From: Mayamaea pseudoterrestris
Taxonomy: Eukaryota
Assembly: GCA_027923505.1 (NCBI GenBank)
Contig: BROI01000011.1
Span: 372,001-436,000 of the forward strand
DNA length: 64,000 bases
Direction of reading: 5' to 3'
Below the pieces are notes generated by a model that was not told the origin of the DNA, made no database searches, and was given only the letters and a program-made list of their open reading frames with translations. Position 1 is the first letter of the stretch, and the number at the start of each line of letters is the position of its first letter. Positions 21,993 to 34,017 of this stretch are shown here, in pieces. Both the position numbers and the translations under genes were made by a program.

Positions 21993-22331
21993 ATGAGTGA
22001 ATCCACCAGTAGTCCAACGACAATCTATCGTCACATTGTCGGTTTCCAGTTCAAAGCCAACGCCACTGAAACCGAGGTCCAGTCCATTGTGGACGACTTT
22101 GACAAACTCGCCAAGGAGTTTGACTGCATACTAAAGTTCGAGCACGGCCTCAACGTGAGCACGGAAGGCTTCGACCGTGGCTTGACCCACGTGTTCTTGT
22201 TGAGCTTTCGAAGCAAGCCAGAGTTTGAAGACTACTTGGTGCATCCGAGTCATGTGGCCTTTGTGGAGAAGCTACTGCCGACGCTTGAAACGCCGCCTCT
22301 TGTCGTTGACTTTGTGTCAAAGAGTGAATAG
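21993..22331 (+). CDS. Dabb / stress-responsive A/B barrel domain protein
   Basis: YRHIVGFQFK, GLNVSTEGFDRGLTHVFLLSF, YLVHPSHVAFV and VVDF. Confidence 0.9.
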   Translation: MSESTSSPTTIYRHIVGFQFKANATETEVQSIVDDFDKLAKEFDCILKFEHGLNVSTEGFDRGLTHVFLLSFRSKPEFEDYLVHPSHVAFVEKLLPTLETPPLVVDFVSKSE

Positions 22332-22968
22332 GAGTAATGCAGCAGCTGATTGACTCATGCTATAACATACTTGTATAGCATTTCATAGTTGAAACGATTA
22401 TTATTGCTGTATATTCTGATGGCTGGTGGAGGTGCCTATAGCGAGTGTCGAACTGGAACGCACGCGCTCCAGCGTGACGGCCGGCCTTCTTCGCTCGAAT
22501 GGACGACGCAGTCGACTCGTTCCTCGTTATTCTGGATACAGCGGGAGTCATTCTACAAGAGCGCAATGCTGTGACTGTGATAAGGCTGGCATTGCTACAA
22601 GGCGCCTTCCGTCGTCATCCGTCTCTAGTCTCTATCCTCAGTCCGTTCACTCGCGTTGGGATTGTCCCGAGATGCAGCAATACGCAAACGATCGACAATG
22701 CTCCATTTTATCGAAACATTGGTTCTTCCTGTCTTCCTCTCCAGAGTCATTCACTGCGTAACGATACGAGCCGGAACCGCAACGTAGAGGGTCTACGGTC
22801 TACGATAAATGCAATGAATCAACGAAACTAAAGTTCATTAACTGGAAATGTAAAATTTTATCGCAATCCATGCGATCTTGATACGAGCAACCCCATTGCC
22901 CAGCACCTGAAAATGTTGAATGCATTATTCAAGCCTAATGTTCGGAGCGAAAGCAATTTGTACAATTT

Positions 22969-25900
22969 TTAAAGAAACAATTGGCTCTCATTCGACGGAA
23001 CTTGAAGATCCGCAAACTCCCTCACCATTTCGGCAACGGCCTCCTCCCCGCGGACCTCCCATTCGGCACGGTTGCGCATGGCGTAGTTCAAACACTCGTC
23101 GCTGCTGACACCAAACACCTTGCAATCCTTTAGCTTTTTTGCCAAGGGAATGATGTAGCCATCAAAGAAGCCCAATTCGCCCTTGTACCAAAATGAAGCT
23201 GGATCGGCTGCCATTTTGCCCGAGCGATGGGCGAGCGTCAGTTCATGAAACAACAAACGGTTCCATTTGCGGTAAATATGCCAATGCTGCATGGTATGGG
23301 AGACGTCGCTTGCCTGGATGATGTGCTCCAGAACAATGGTGGCTCTCAAGGCGTTCCTGTCAACGCCAACAATAATGCTAGAATCTTCTGGAGCGAAAGC
23401 CTTTTCCCAACGGTTTTTGCGCAGCTGGTTGAGCTCCTTGTCAAAAATGTCCGTCGCCATGACGGCGTTTACAATTACTTGACGGAAACGAAGGAACTCT
23501 TCCTTGTCGGCAAACAGAGTCTGCCGGAGAGCATCAAACTGGTCCGACATGAGCAGGGTCCAGGCAATCTCCAAGGAGTTTTGCTCGGCAAGGCTCTGGT
23601 GTTTAAAGTGCTCGGCAAGAGCTGGTTCCTCCTTTTCAAGCTGCATGTTGGAGATGCCGCGATGATCAACGTCATGTATGAGGCCGCTAAATACAATGGC
23701 AAAATGCGTGATCGGGTCCGAGTTGATTCCATGCGTGTAATCGTGCAGGATTTCGAGCGCGGCGTCCTTGTTTTTGCTGCACGCTTCCTTTTCTTGCTCG
23801 TCAATCTCAATGTCGGGCGTTGCTACCCGCTTCAAGTGCTTGGCGACGCTCATTGTCACGTGGCATGCATGCTCAAAGTTATGAAATGGATTGTCCCTGT
23901 ACATGCTGCTAATAATGGAGACGTATTCGCGAAGTTGGCCCAGTACGACGGGGTCAATCTCAATGTCATGCCAGTCAACTTCGTTTGTTTCCTTGTTGGC
24001 GTGGAAACGAGGAAGCAAAATGGCTTCGGCCACTTCGTCAATGCCAATGAGGTCATCGGAAATGTCAAAGGAAGTCTTGGCTGACGACGGCTTGACGACT
24101 CTCTTGCCCAGAATTTGCTTTAGATACTCGCTGAGTAGCTCCGTCATCCAGTCCACCTTCCGGTCGCGCTTGAGGATGGAGTCGGAGTCGGCGTTTGCAG
24201 GTACATCTGTATCCAGCATCATGTCATTGTCGCTGCTATGGGTTCCGCCACTGGACGCAACGCTTCCAGCCTTTTGCTTCGACTGGGTGCGGAGCCAGTA
24301 TGTTTGCAGAATTCCCTTGCCCTTGGCTTCGACTACATCCTCGCGTGCTGTTAGCCAGTGCCCCTTGCCGGCCAATGTCAAAGTATTGGCAGTGTCTTGA
24401 GAGACTTGAATCTTTTCTCGCATGCCGGTTCTGCGGAAATATATGAGGCGAGGCGGCATGAGAAGTTGTTTCGTTACAGACGGCAAGCAGACGCAGGCAG
24501 ATGCAATCGAGCCGAACATGTACTTACGATTCCATGCGCGAAGCTGTATTCACGGTGTCGCCAAAGAGCTGTCGAAAAAAGCGAGTGATGTGAGTTTGTT
24601 CAATATAGTGTCCGTTTTCAAGCCGAAACAAGCAGACGCTTACCTGGAAGCGACTCTTATCGCCTCGTAGAACGCCTGCAGTGACAGGTCCAGAGTGCAG
24701 ACCACATCGCATGCAAAGCTCGGCGGTATCAGGTCCGAGGGTTGTCTCAAGCTTTTGCGTCACTTCCCTCATCTTGATCATGCATTCACTAGCAAAACGC
24801 GCCATGATGACGGCGTGATTGGCTTGTGGGTCGGGCAAGCCAGTAACAGCGACTGGAAAAAGCGGAAGGAGAGTGAGTTTTCAGTTCGTCGACAGCAATG
24901 GAGTACTGACGAATCACAAGCGACGTACCATAGCAGTCACCAATGGTTTCAACTTTGAAAACTTTGCGGCTTTTCGCAATGTCGTCAAAAGCGTTGTAAA
25001 TGGATTCGAGTAACTGAAAGACCTGCGAAGGGTCACGAGTGGATGACCAGGCCGTGAAACCTGAGGATGAAGAGGAGGCAAAACAATGAGCTACACAGCT
25101 CAGCGTCAAGGAAAGCAAGAGCAAGACTCGTAAAGCTTACCGGAAATATCGGCAAACATGACTGTGCATTCCGGAAATAAATCGGCAATGGTCTTCATGC
25201 CTTGATCGTCACCACTCAAGAACTTGTTTAAACGCTGGTTCTTTGACGCCAATGGATCGTGATCCCGACTCTCTTGAATGAGCTTGTCGGCAACGCCTTT
25301 TGGAAACAGCGATTGAACAATGGCCGTTGTTTGCTCTGCCCGCTGAAGGACGAGGGTTTGACGCCGATCCACTAGCTTGTCATACAGCAAAAACATTCCA
25401 AATGTAAAGGCAAACACCATGGCAACGGCAAACGTAATGAGTGCAGGCAAGCTTGTATGATAGTCATTGAGCATGACGGACGTGGGATACGCTGACATTT
25501 GATACGTGCATTCGCCTTGATTCAAGGGGATGCCATGTGGGCTGCCGTCGTCCACGGAGGCAACATCTGCAAAGCTGGCTGTGCGTCGAAGGTGTCGAAA
25601 GGCGTCCTCGTTTTGATCACCGAGTCCAACTGGATCAGGTTCGTGTCCGTTGATCTTGAAGGTATATACATCACCACATTGATTGTCAATGACCAAGTGA
25701 ATGCCTCGAATAGAGTCGGGCAGAATACCAACAAAGTAGCTTTCCCAGCGAATCAATGCCGTCATCAACGCAACGGGCTTTTTGGTGGCTTCCTCAAACG
25801 TGTCAAATATAGGCAGATACACACTGTGTACAAAAGACGAGTGGTGTAAGCAAGAATCTTCTTGTGCTAATATGCATGCAGACAGCATGTCGTCAAGTCC

Positions 25901-26992
25901 GAAGTCGCACTTACCGAGTCAAGGGGCTTGTAACGTATGGAAAGTGACGCTTTTTCGAAATACTCAACAGAGTAGTATAAAGCTTGGTTTCTGGAGGCTC
26001 GGTTCCTTTGCCAAGATCATCCGGCGCAAACTCAAAGCTTCCAAACACTACACTGGCTGTGGAGATGCTTTCGTTTGCTGGGACTGCCGCCGCAGGGTCG
26101 GTGAGTAGATTGCGGTTGACGAGTGTGCGGATAAAGACTGGTGATGTTTGCCAAGTGGGCAAGTATGGGCCTTTGGAAGTATCAATAATGGCATCGCCAA
26201 GCTTGTCTAGGGTAAAGATGTAATTGGCCATTCCGTTCAATATAAGGTCTGGGTCGGTAGTAACGCGTTGAATAACGTCCTTAGGGTCCAGCTTTAGGTC
26301 GTACTTGTCATAGTTGAGCTCCGCTTCGTAGTTCAAAGCTTCTTGGTGCCACTCAGCATCAGTGCTGTTAAAGGAGTATGCCTCCCAATCACTCCGCATC
26401 TCTTGGGTTACCAAGGGGTTCATAGTAACTAGCAAGGCGCCCGAGAGTGTGCGAGTAGTCAAGGCTCTATGCTGGAAGTAGGATTGTGATACAAGAGGCC
26501 AATGGCTATCACCGCCAATCCCATGAGCTGTAGCTGCAACAGTCAAGGAACTAATTGCACCAAGCCTCTCCTGTGCAATTTTGTGGAAAGTTTCTGCACG
26601 AAGCAAGCGACGTGTCGGTGAGCAGGAGTGCAGCACGGCAGTACGTCGTAGGAACGAAGGACGAGCAAGAATCACTTACCAAGCAGCTTCGAAGAGCTAC
26701 CCTCATAATTTGCAAGGAAAGCTTCCTGATTTGCTCGACTTGATACCGTATAGACTGTCGCACTGATTGCTATACCAGCAGCAACCATAATCAGCAAGAC
26801 GATGCGCTTGAGTCGGCGGACTTGATTCGACTCGGTTTTAAACATGAGCTCCTTCTCCTCGAGCAGTTCTTGTTCAGTGCTCGTCGCATTGGACGTGCTG
26901 TATCCTCCAGGAGTGTTTCCACTGTTGCCACTGCTTTCACTGCGCTCGTCGCTCTCGCTCATCTTGGAGCTGAAATCTTGCATCATGCTCAT
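22969..26992 (-). CDS. Membrane class III nucleotide cyclase - class I phosphodiesterase fusion, copy 1 (multi-exon)
   Basis: Two TM helices around an extracellular region. Cyclase motifs TVMFADI|SGFTAW, FKVETIGDCY and GLHSGPVTAGVLRGDKSRFQ|LFGDTVNTASRMES. PDE motifs PFHNFEHACHV, IHDVDHRG, AVMATDI and QASDVSH. Confidence 0.9.
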
Positions 26993-28256
26993 CGCCGACG
27001 CGATATTGTGATTGTGATCGTGTCGGTGTCAAACGACGCTCACTTTTGGCAAGTGACTGCTTTACCACGGGGCAAGTATAAATCTAGTTCTTTCCGCCAT
27101 CAGGAATTTCTTTGACCCTTCCAACAACTCCTCAGCGTTTGACGAATTATGCCGATTAATAAGAATCAGGTCACACATCAGTTGGCCCTACGAGTTTCGA
27201 ACGCCAAGAGTGCATGCGCACGTCGATGTTACCTTGAACTGCCACTTTCCGTTGATATAACCGGTCATTAAATGAACCTGCTCTTCGCCACGTCCGCCGC
27301 GACGAATGCGAACCCGAGGGGCAATGCAAACAAACATAGGACCCAAGCTCTTGTTCAAAGAAGCCATGATGACTTGATGTCTCATAAGCCTGATAAAAGA
27401 ATACTGGTGAAGTCTAATCGAAGAGCAACCTCATGCTTGGAAGGCTTACATAAATTTCTATTAAATATTCTAGATTGATAGTTCGGAACTGTTCGTCGAA
27501 TTGAAGTTTCAGTCTTACTCCAGAAATGTCGCGAGGAAACGGCAGAATGACGATCACTTGCCACGATTCGAAAAGCAATCTGCCTTTTTGCGTTTCGGAT
27601 GCCAAGTTGTTCAAATGGCAGCTGCCCTTTCGTCTACTATTGTATTAGTACCGTACATACTACTAAAACTGCGGTAGCACAATGTTCGCCATTCGCAGCG
27701 GCGGTCAGTCTACTCTCTGCATAGAGTAGGAACGAAAATTGGCGATCACAAATCTCAGATCTTGAGCGACTTCACCTTTAGTTAGTTTGCCATCTTGCGA
27801 CAAATAAAATACGCCTTTCTCTGACAATTGCATACTGGTATTACGTGAGCTGGGATGCGTTTCCAAGAATACAACGCATCGCGCGTTAGACTGAACGGAC
27901 AAATGTCGCATTTTCAAGGCGACTGCTTTCCTTACGGCTACGGCGTGCCTCAAGAGTCGGAGATGACATCTCATTTCACTACACTCGTCGATGTCGAGCC
28001 TCTAGTCTTGTTTTGCGACATTGGTGCACTTCCACGCCGACGCATCCTTCGCGTGGCGGCTCCGATGCGGAACAGTCGGAGCAACGGCTTTTGGACGAAG
28101 AGTGAGGAAACACATGACTTGGCGGTTTGAACGGTCCAAACAAATGTGTGCCCACTCCAAACGCGCGCGTTATCGATCCGGCCTGCTGTCCGCGCACAAA
28201 CAGCGCGCAAGTTGCTGAACCAATCGACGCCACTAGTAGAACGCCGAGCCATCACG

Positions 28257-29613
28257 ATGATCATAAAGATGATTCGATTGGGTGCCCTCGCTGTGTTGCT
28301 CTTGACAATCCTGCCTCTAGCTCGTGCGCGCCCCTTGATTCAAGTGGAAGACTTTTTCACGCCCAAGGATTTAGTGCATAAGAAGAAAGACAAGAAGGCT
28401 GACAAAAAAGTAGCGTCGGAGTTGCAATTCTTCGTAACCAAGGGCATGCCAAAGATGGTTGGTATGGCGGAGGCAAAGTAAGTACAACCATAGTGCGATT
28501 GCATTAGGTCTCGTCCAGCGACTCACATTGTACTGGACGTTGTTATATGCAGTAGCGTATTGGACGAGTGGCGAAATTCCTGGACAGACTTGTCATTATC
28601 GCTGTCCATGTCAATGAAGGTTCCATCGATTAGCCCACGATATCCAACAATTCAAGTTCCGACGCATTATCCTGGCTATCCCACTGTACCGCAGCCGACC
28701 TACACGTCACCTACTGCACCAGCGCCGACGCAGACTCCGAAATACCCAACTGCTTTGCCGCCCGTCGTTTCACCTGCCTATCCCCCCTTTACGGCGCCGA
28801 CCTATACACCTGAATATCCCTCAACCCGGGCATATACAACAGCATTCACGTGCACTGATGATGGAGTCGGTATAACTGAGACAGCCAACGCCACGACGAT
28901 CGTTGATTTTCGTGTCGGCTATCTCATTGAGTCCAAAAATCAACCGACGGATTATCTCGCGAGCGTGGAGAATTTGATCGTTGAATCAGCAATCATCGGA
29001 GCCTTACAGTGTGCAAGTGGTGGGCTAATCTTTGCTCCGGGCGTTGATGCAAGCTCTGTCGACGTTGCTACGATACAAACTGACCAATGCACTCCGACAC
29101 AGTCCGGAGCTGCTTGTACTGTGTGGCAGACTGAATTCACTATTACCATTGCACAAGAAGTAGATCCCTCGGTCGCATCGTACTTGGGCTACATGTTTGT
29201 CCAGACCGAAATGGAAAAAGATGCATTTGTTAATCAAGTTCCGAGCCTAGATGAAATTGAATACCTGAGCCCGTCGCCATTATTGCCACCCATCACAGGT
29301 CTCGATGGGAGCCCGTCATCAACAACAGACGAGAACCCTGCATCTTCCAAGGGAGACTTGTCGGTCAATCAATGGACGCTGGGAGCCGTTTTGACAATGT
29401 GTAAGTATTCATTGCGATCCGTCGGTCAACCACACATTTTCCAAACTTACGCAATTACTATTTGTATCAGGCATCGGAGGTGCTATTGCTCTGGCCGTTT
29501 GGGTACGCAATCGCCGCACCCGCAACGAACGACACTTGCAGCTGATGGAGGATATTTCAATTGCGTCGCCAGCTGACCACCTTGTCGGGCATGAACGTAG
29601 CGATGAAGTCTAG
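28257..29613 (+). CDS. Type I membrane / cell-surface protein (signal peptide, Pro/Thr/Tyr-rich stalk, Cys-containing domain, TM), 3 exons
   Basis: Signal peptide MIRLGALAVLLLTILPLARA, SLSLSMSM then PT/PxY repeats. After the intron at 29401-29470 the TM continues GIGGAIALAVWV followed by RNRR; stop at 29611-29613. Confidence 0.75.
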
Positions 29614-29685
29614 CAACAGTGTAATAATATTTATGCAAGGACGTACATTGGACTTGGCGTAACGTATTGTAGAGTACGGCTTACC

Positions 29686-32600
29686 TTATTCTATACCAGC
29701 CAGGATTTTCCGACAGTAATCATTCTCGGCTGCTTCGTTGCTTTCAAGTTGATACCACTCCCAGAAAGGAATGTGGATGACTTTCCAGCCCAAGAGCTCA
29801 AGCAAATGTTCCTTGAGTACGGACGAACCATTCATTTTTTGTCGGTCGCCCCTCCAACGAAATTGGTACTCGAATTTCCCGTTAATCGGCTTAGAAAAAC
29901 CAGCTTCAACATCACTGTCAAACTCAATCTCATTTATGTAGTGAGCTGGACCGTCCACTTCAATTGCAATCTTCTTTTCAACATTGGCCATGTCAATTGA
30001 TAATACCTCATATGGTGAGTCAGGGACGTTGACTCTATACTCTTCGCGCAACGTGTGCATGGTAATTATAAATTCGTCTACATGCTGAAACCCGACCCTG
30101 TGCAGGCCCTCAGAGACGTCGCGCTGGATTTTGCTCGTACTCAGCTTGAGTTCCAAAATTGTATCAGTAGTGTGATCAAATGACTTTGACAGAGACGGTT
30201 CCTGCCAGCCGTTAGGGAAATTTAATGGAAGTGAAAGCCCACCATTACCACCCACGAGGCACATGGCCGTTTGTACGTAAACAAGTGTCATAATTGCCTG
30301 AGGCTGCAGACCGCTGTCGCCGTGTGCTTTGGTAAGCATGGCCGGATCTTGGCTGTCATCGAGCCCAACAAGTCCAGCGTACAGTCTCCGCATCAGAGGT
30401 TCAGGAAAGGCCCAGAAGACTGCACAGCTCCAAGCTATATTCGCGAGCTCTTGCCGAAGAAAGATACGAGCAATTCCTTGCGATAATTGTTTATGGCCCG
30501 TGTCGCCCAGAGCGACTGACAAATATTCAGTTAAAGTTTCCAGTAGCGCTCCAGGTTCGGCGTCGACACTTCCCATGGACCAGAAAAAGTTGGCCAATTC
30601 TTGCCCTTTAAAAGTATTCATCACGTTTGCACGTCCATTTACATTTTCTTGAAGGCGCCGTTGCACCTCATCTCTTGCAGACTCGATGAACCGAGTGTGT
30701 TTTAACCCAAGTACCGCAAATGCCCAAGCTATCAGACAAAGATCTTGCGGTTTAAGTTTCCGAAGATCATCAAAATTAGTCAAAGTGGCATCAGCCACTG
30801 TTTTGAAAAGTTTCTGCATCAGCTTCTCCCCGATATCAAGATACGATGTCGTATACACGACGAGACGACCGTTGCCAGAAGCGAGTCGTGAAGCAGGTTG
30901 GCGCGTCGAAACGTCCTCCGCTAGTTGTGCCTGCCGGGCAAATGCCCATACCAAGTTCGCAAGGCCTTGCGTTGAAAAGTCGTTGATGCCACGTCCTTTA
31001 GGATATTTCGAGCTCGCTTCGACGCCACCCACAAGATATTCGGTAGTAGCCTTGAAAAGGGCAGGAAAACGTATGCCTACCCTTGAAAAGCTCCATAGCA
31101 CATCCTTAATCTCCTGCGGCTTGAACTGGTCTGGTCGACGCATGAGCTCCTTTCCTGCCAAGCCGAATACATACGTGACTTGATCGGTTATTTTGGGTCG
31201 CTTGACGACGAGCGACGTATCAAAGGCATCAATGTCTTCCACCGGCATTTCTGCCGTCGCCACAGCCCACAAAATATTTGACAACTCCTGTGGCTTTGCG
31301 TCTGATATCATTTGCGGTGTAAGTCGAGCCAGGATTCCTCTGTATAGTTTCGGGTCAAAGTATTTCATCGTCGCCAAGCTCCAGAGAGTAGTTCCAATAT
31401 CCTGCGTTGCCACAGTCCGTCGTGGATTGTTAAATTCCCGACAAATTCTCTCCAGCAACTCCGGAATAGATCTCGCACTAGTGTCCTCGACTAGCCTCGC
31501 CAAAGACCATGCCATATTGTTGAGCTCCTGTGAACGAAACTTGTGCAGGATTGGCAGGGCGGATGAGGCAATTAAGTCTACGAACTCGGAGGTCAATTTG
31601 GCATCATCATTGGGAGACTGGCTCGAAATAACCAGGTAATTGTTGACATTATTTTGCACTGACGAGGTAGGCAGCCCAAAGCCCAGGGTTGAAAATCCCC
31701 ATATTGTATTCGCCAGCTCCTGCGATTTCATGGATGCAACGATACGACCGTCCTCGAGTAGCGTTTGCGCCGTCACTCGCAATATGTCCGAAGCCGCCGT
31801 CTCCTCCTGGCTCGTGAGTCCAGTGTCTCGCAGCTTGTGCTGACCACTGAGCAGGGCTGCAACGCCCCATACCGTGTTACTCCACTCCTGCGGCTTGAAG
31901 CGACGTTTAAAGTCTGGATACTCGACTAAAAGGACTGACACAAACTCCAAAACGTCGCCCACAGTTTCCGACGCTTCCTCTAATTGCGCCGTTGCCATGC
32001 TCCAAATCGAGTTGCTCCATTCCTGAGGTTTGAGCAAGTCTACAGTTGCATTATTGTCTTCATTCAATTGCAGTAGTTCATTTCGTTGTCTTTGCATCAT
32101 GGCTTGCAAAACGACGCAACAAACTTGGGAGGACGCTCGACCGGCCGTGGCAAAGCTCCATAGCAAATTGGCATATTCCTGCATTTGAAAGGGTCGTCGA
32201 TTGCGATTACTATCCGTGCTTGCCATTTCCAATAGAAAAATGCCTATATAGTCAAGTAACAGTCCAGCCACGCGCGACAGCGCTGGAATCCATGCGCCAT
32301 GACTGCTCACCGATCCCGTCGCTTGCCTTTGCTTGGCGGCGTCTAAGACATGCTTCCGCACCTCTTTGGCACTCGCGACCAGTGCATCTTGGTTGGACGT
32401 GGCCTCCAAATCGACCGCCAGTACACTCTGCGGCGGCGCAATCTTGAGCTTGGCCAGTGCCCAGCCAATGTTGGCAAGCTCGCGCGAGTCAAACTGAAAG
32501 TTTGGTTTGATACTTTGACTGTCATTATTAATGTTTAACGTGTCACTGCCTGCTTCTGATGCAAGCGCCTCGGCAATGCTCGCCAAAAAGAGGGCAAACC

Positions 32601-33087
32601 GCGGATCCGTCAAAATGTTGGCGCGCGCATTGACTCGCTCCATCGGCGCATTGTAATGCTGCGGCGGCGTCACGGAATGCTTGGCCAGTCGGTGAATGGC
32701 CGTGCTAAAGTTGACCGAGCTCAAGGCGCCGCCGCAAGCGACGTTTCCCAGTGGTTTGGTCTGCAAGAGTTGCAAGACTTGGGAGGCTTCGGTGCACGAG
32801 ACAATCTCCTTGTTGAAGCGGATTTGGTCTACATTTCCTGACCAAGTAGAAGCTGATTTGTTAGGTATTCGAGGTCTTCTTTGGTTTGGCTGGTTTCTTC
32901 TGTCATTGAAGCTTGATTGTGATGGAGGACGACGATAGCTTGGTTGACTGTAGAGGCGAAAGGTTGATTGATGCCTTAAAGTCGGCAGGGTCTCGACACG
33001 GAATGAGTGAGCCTCATGCAGTAAGGCTAACAGTAGGCAAAGTGATAAGCTTCTCGCACATCGTCTTATCCTTGATCTTGAATTCAT
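29686..33087 (-). CDS. RAP-domain helical-repeat protein (OPR/HPR/FASTK-like), plastid-targeted
   Basis: Signal peptide ending AHS-F. Many (F/L)KPQE(L/W)SN..W..A repeats. C-terminal RAP motif SIDMA..EKKIAIEVDGPAHY...LGWKVIHIPFWEW. Confidence 0.9.
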   Translation of the reverse strand: MNSRSRIRRCARSLSLCLLLALLHEAHSFRVETLPTLRHQSTFRLYSQPSYRRPPSQSSFNDRRNQPNQRRPRIPNKSASTWSGNVDQIRFNKEIVSCTEASQVLQLLQTKPLGNVACGGALSSVNFSTAIHRLAKHSVTPPQHYNAPMERVNARANILTDPRFALFLASIAEALASEAGSDTLNINNDSQSIKPNFQFDSRELANIGWALAKLKIAPPQSVLAVDLEATSNQDALVASAKEVRKHVLDAAKQRQATGSVSSHGAWIPALSRVAGLLLDYIGIFLLEMASTDSNRNRRPFQMQEYANLLWSFATAGRASSQVCCVVLQAMMQRQRNELLQLNEDNNATVDLLKPQEWSNSIWSMATAQLEEASETVGDVLEFVSVLLVEYPDFKRRFKPQEWSNTVWGVAALLSGQHKLRDTGLTSQEETAASDILRVTAQTLLEDGRIVASMKSQELANTIWGFSTLGFGLPTSSVQNNVNNYLVISSQSPNDDAKLTSEFVDLIASSALPILHKFRSQELNNMAWSLARLVEDTSARSIPELLERICREFNNPRRTVATQDIGTTLWSLATMKYFDPKLYRGILARLTPQMISDAKPQELSNILWAVATAEMPVEDIDAFDTSLVVKRPKITDQVTYVFGLAGKELMRRPDQFKPQEIKDVLWSFSRVGIRFPALFKATTEYLVGGVEASSKYPKGRGINDFSTQGLANLVWAFARQAQLAEDVSTRQPASRLASGNGRLVVYTTSYLDIGEKLMQKLFKTVADATLTNFDDLRKLKPQDLCLIAWAFAVLGLKHTRFIESARDEVQRRLQENVNGRANVMNTFKGQELANFFWSMGSVDAEPGALLETLTEYLSVALGDTGHKQLSQGIARIFLRQELANIAWSCAVFWAFPEPLMRRLYAGLVGLDDSQDPAMLTKAHGDSGLQPQAIMTLVYVQTAMCLVGGNGGLSLPLNFPNGWQEPSLSKSFDHTTDTILELKLSTSKIQRDVSEGLHRVGFQHVDEFIITMHTLREEYRVNVPDSPYEVLSIDMANVEKKIAIEVDGPAHYINEIEFDSDVEAGFSKPINGKFEYQFRWRGDRQKMNGSSVLKEHLLELLGWKVIHIPFWEWYQLESNEAAENDYCRKILAGIE

Positions 33088-34017
33088 GATGCAGCTACTT
33101 GCATCGGTAGAGCCATTCCATGCAAACTTCCATCATGATGGTCGCGATGAAGATTTGAGTTGATGGTTCCGCATCCAATCAGTACCGTTGCGAGTGGAAT
33201 GTGGAACGCCGCCTTTCAAACTCAGATGGCGCATCACTTGGAGTCGACGTGGGCTACTTTTTAAAAGGAGAAGGAGGACTTCCGCACCGGTTAGTGAGCA
33301 ATGTTGGCTGCAGTGTATAAGCATGCATTTCTGCCATGAAAGTAAGTGGGACAGTTTTCCCAACCGCAAGCTATGAGTATGGCTTTATAGACTTGCTTGT
33401 GAAGAGTCGCTAAATGGCATCCGGGAGAAATCAAGCTATAAAGTTAGCGACGACAATGCGTCTGGTCCAACACATCAGCTGAAAGGCTTTACTACTATGC
33501 TATCTGGCTAGCTGGACGAGATACCATTGATGCCGCAATTTCAAAGCCTGAAGAAGGGAGCTCACTTCCATTATTGACGAATGCTCATCCTCAACAACAG
33601 AACAACTTGCAGCCACGTGACGCCAGCATGACCCAAGGAACGACCATTTAGCTTCCCTTTTATTTAACGTCGGTCCTGATTGACAGCAATGTGACTTCCA
33701 TGCGCATTCATAATACAGGATTGACTTGCCCAGCCCCTCCAAGCTCGGCATAAATGAATAGCTCAATAATTCAATATCCGTGAACAAGAAGCTTGAACCT
33801 TCGCGTTACGTTATAGCTCGCGTTCCTTGGCATGTTCCCTGGGCCTACTTGAAATTTATTGGCTCCTCGAACAGCCGACGACCAAAGCAATCGAGCCTCA
33901 CAATATCGGAGCATCCTTAGTTACCGCAAGGAAGCACCAAATCAGAGACTCACCACTGCTTGACTTATCATCACCAGTTCGAGCCAGGCGCTTACAAGTC
34001 AAACCTACAATCCAGCC

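Noticed and set aside
23227..24084. Long antisense ORFs (285 aa here; 311 aa at 36488-37423) similar to each other
   Set aside because: They are shadows of the paralogous PDE exons on the opposite strand, so their similarity follows from the duplication.
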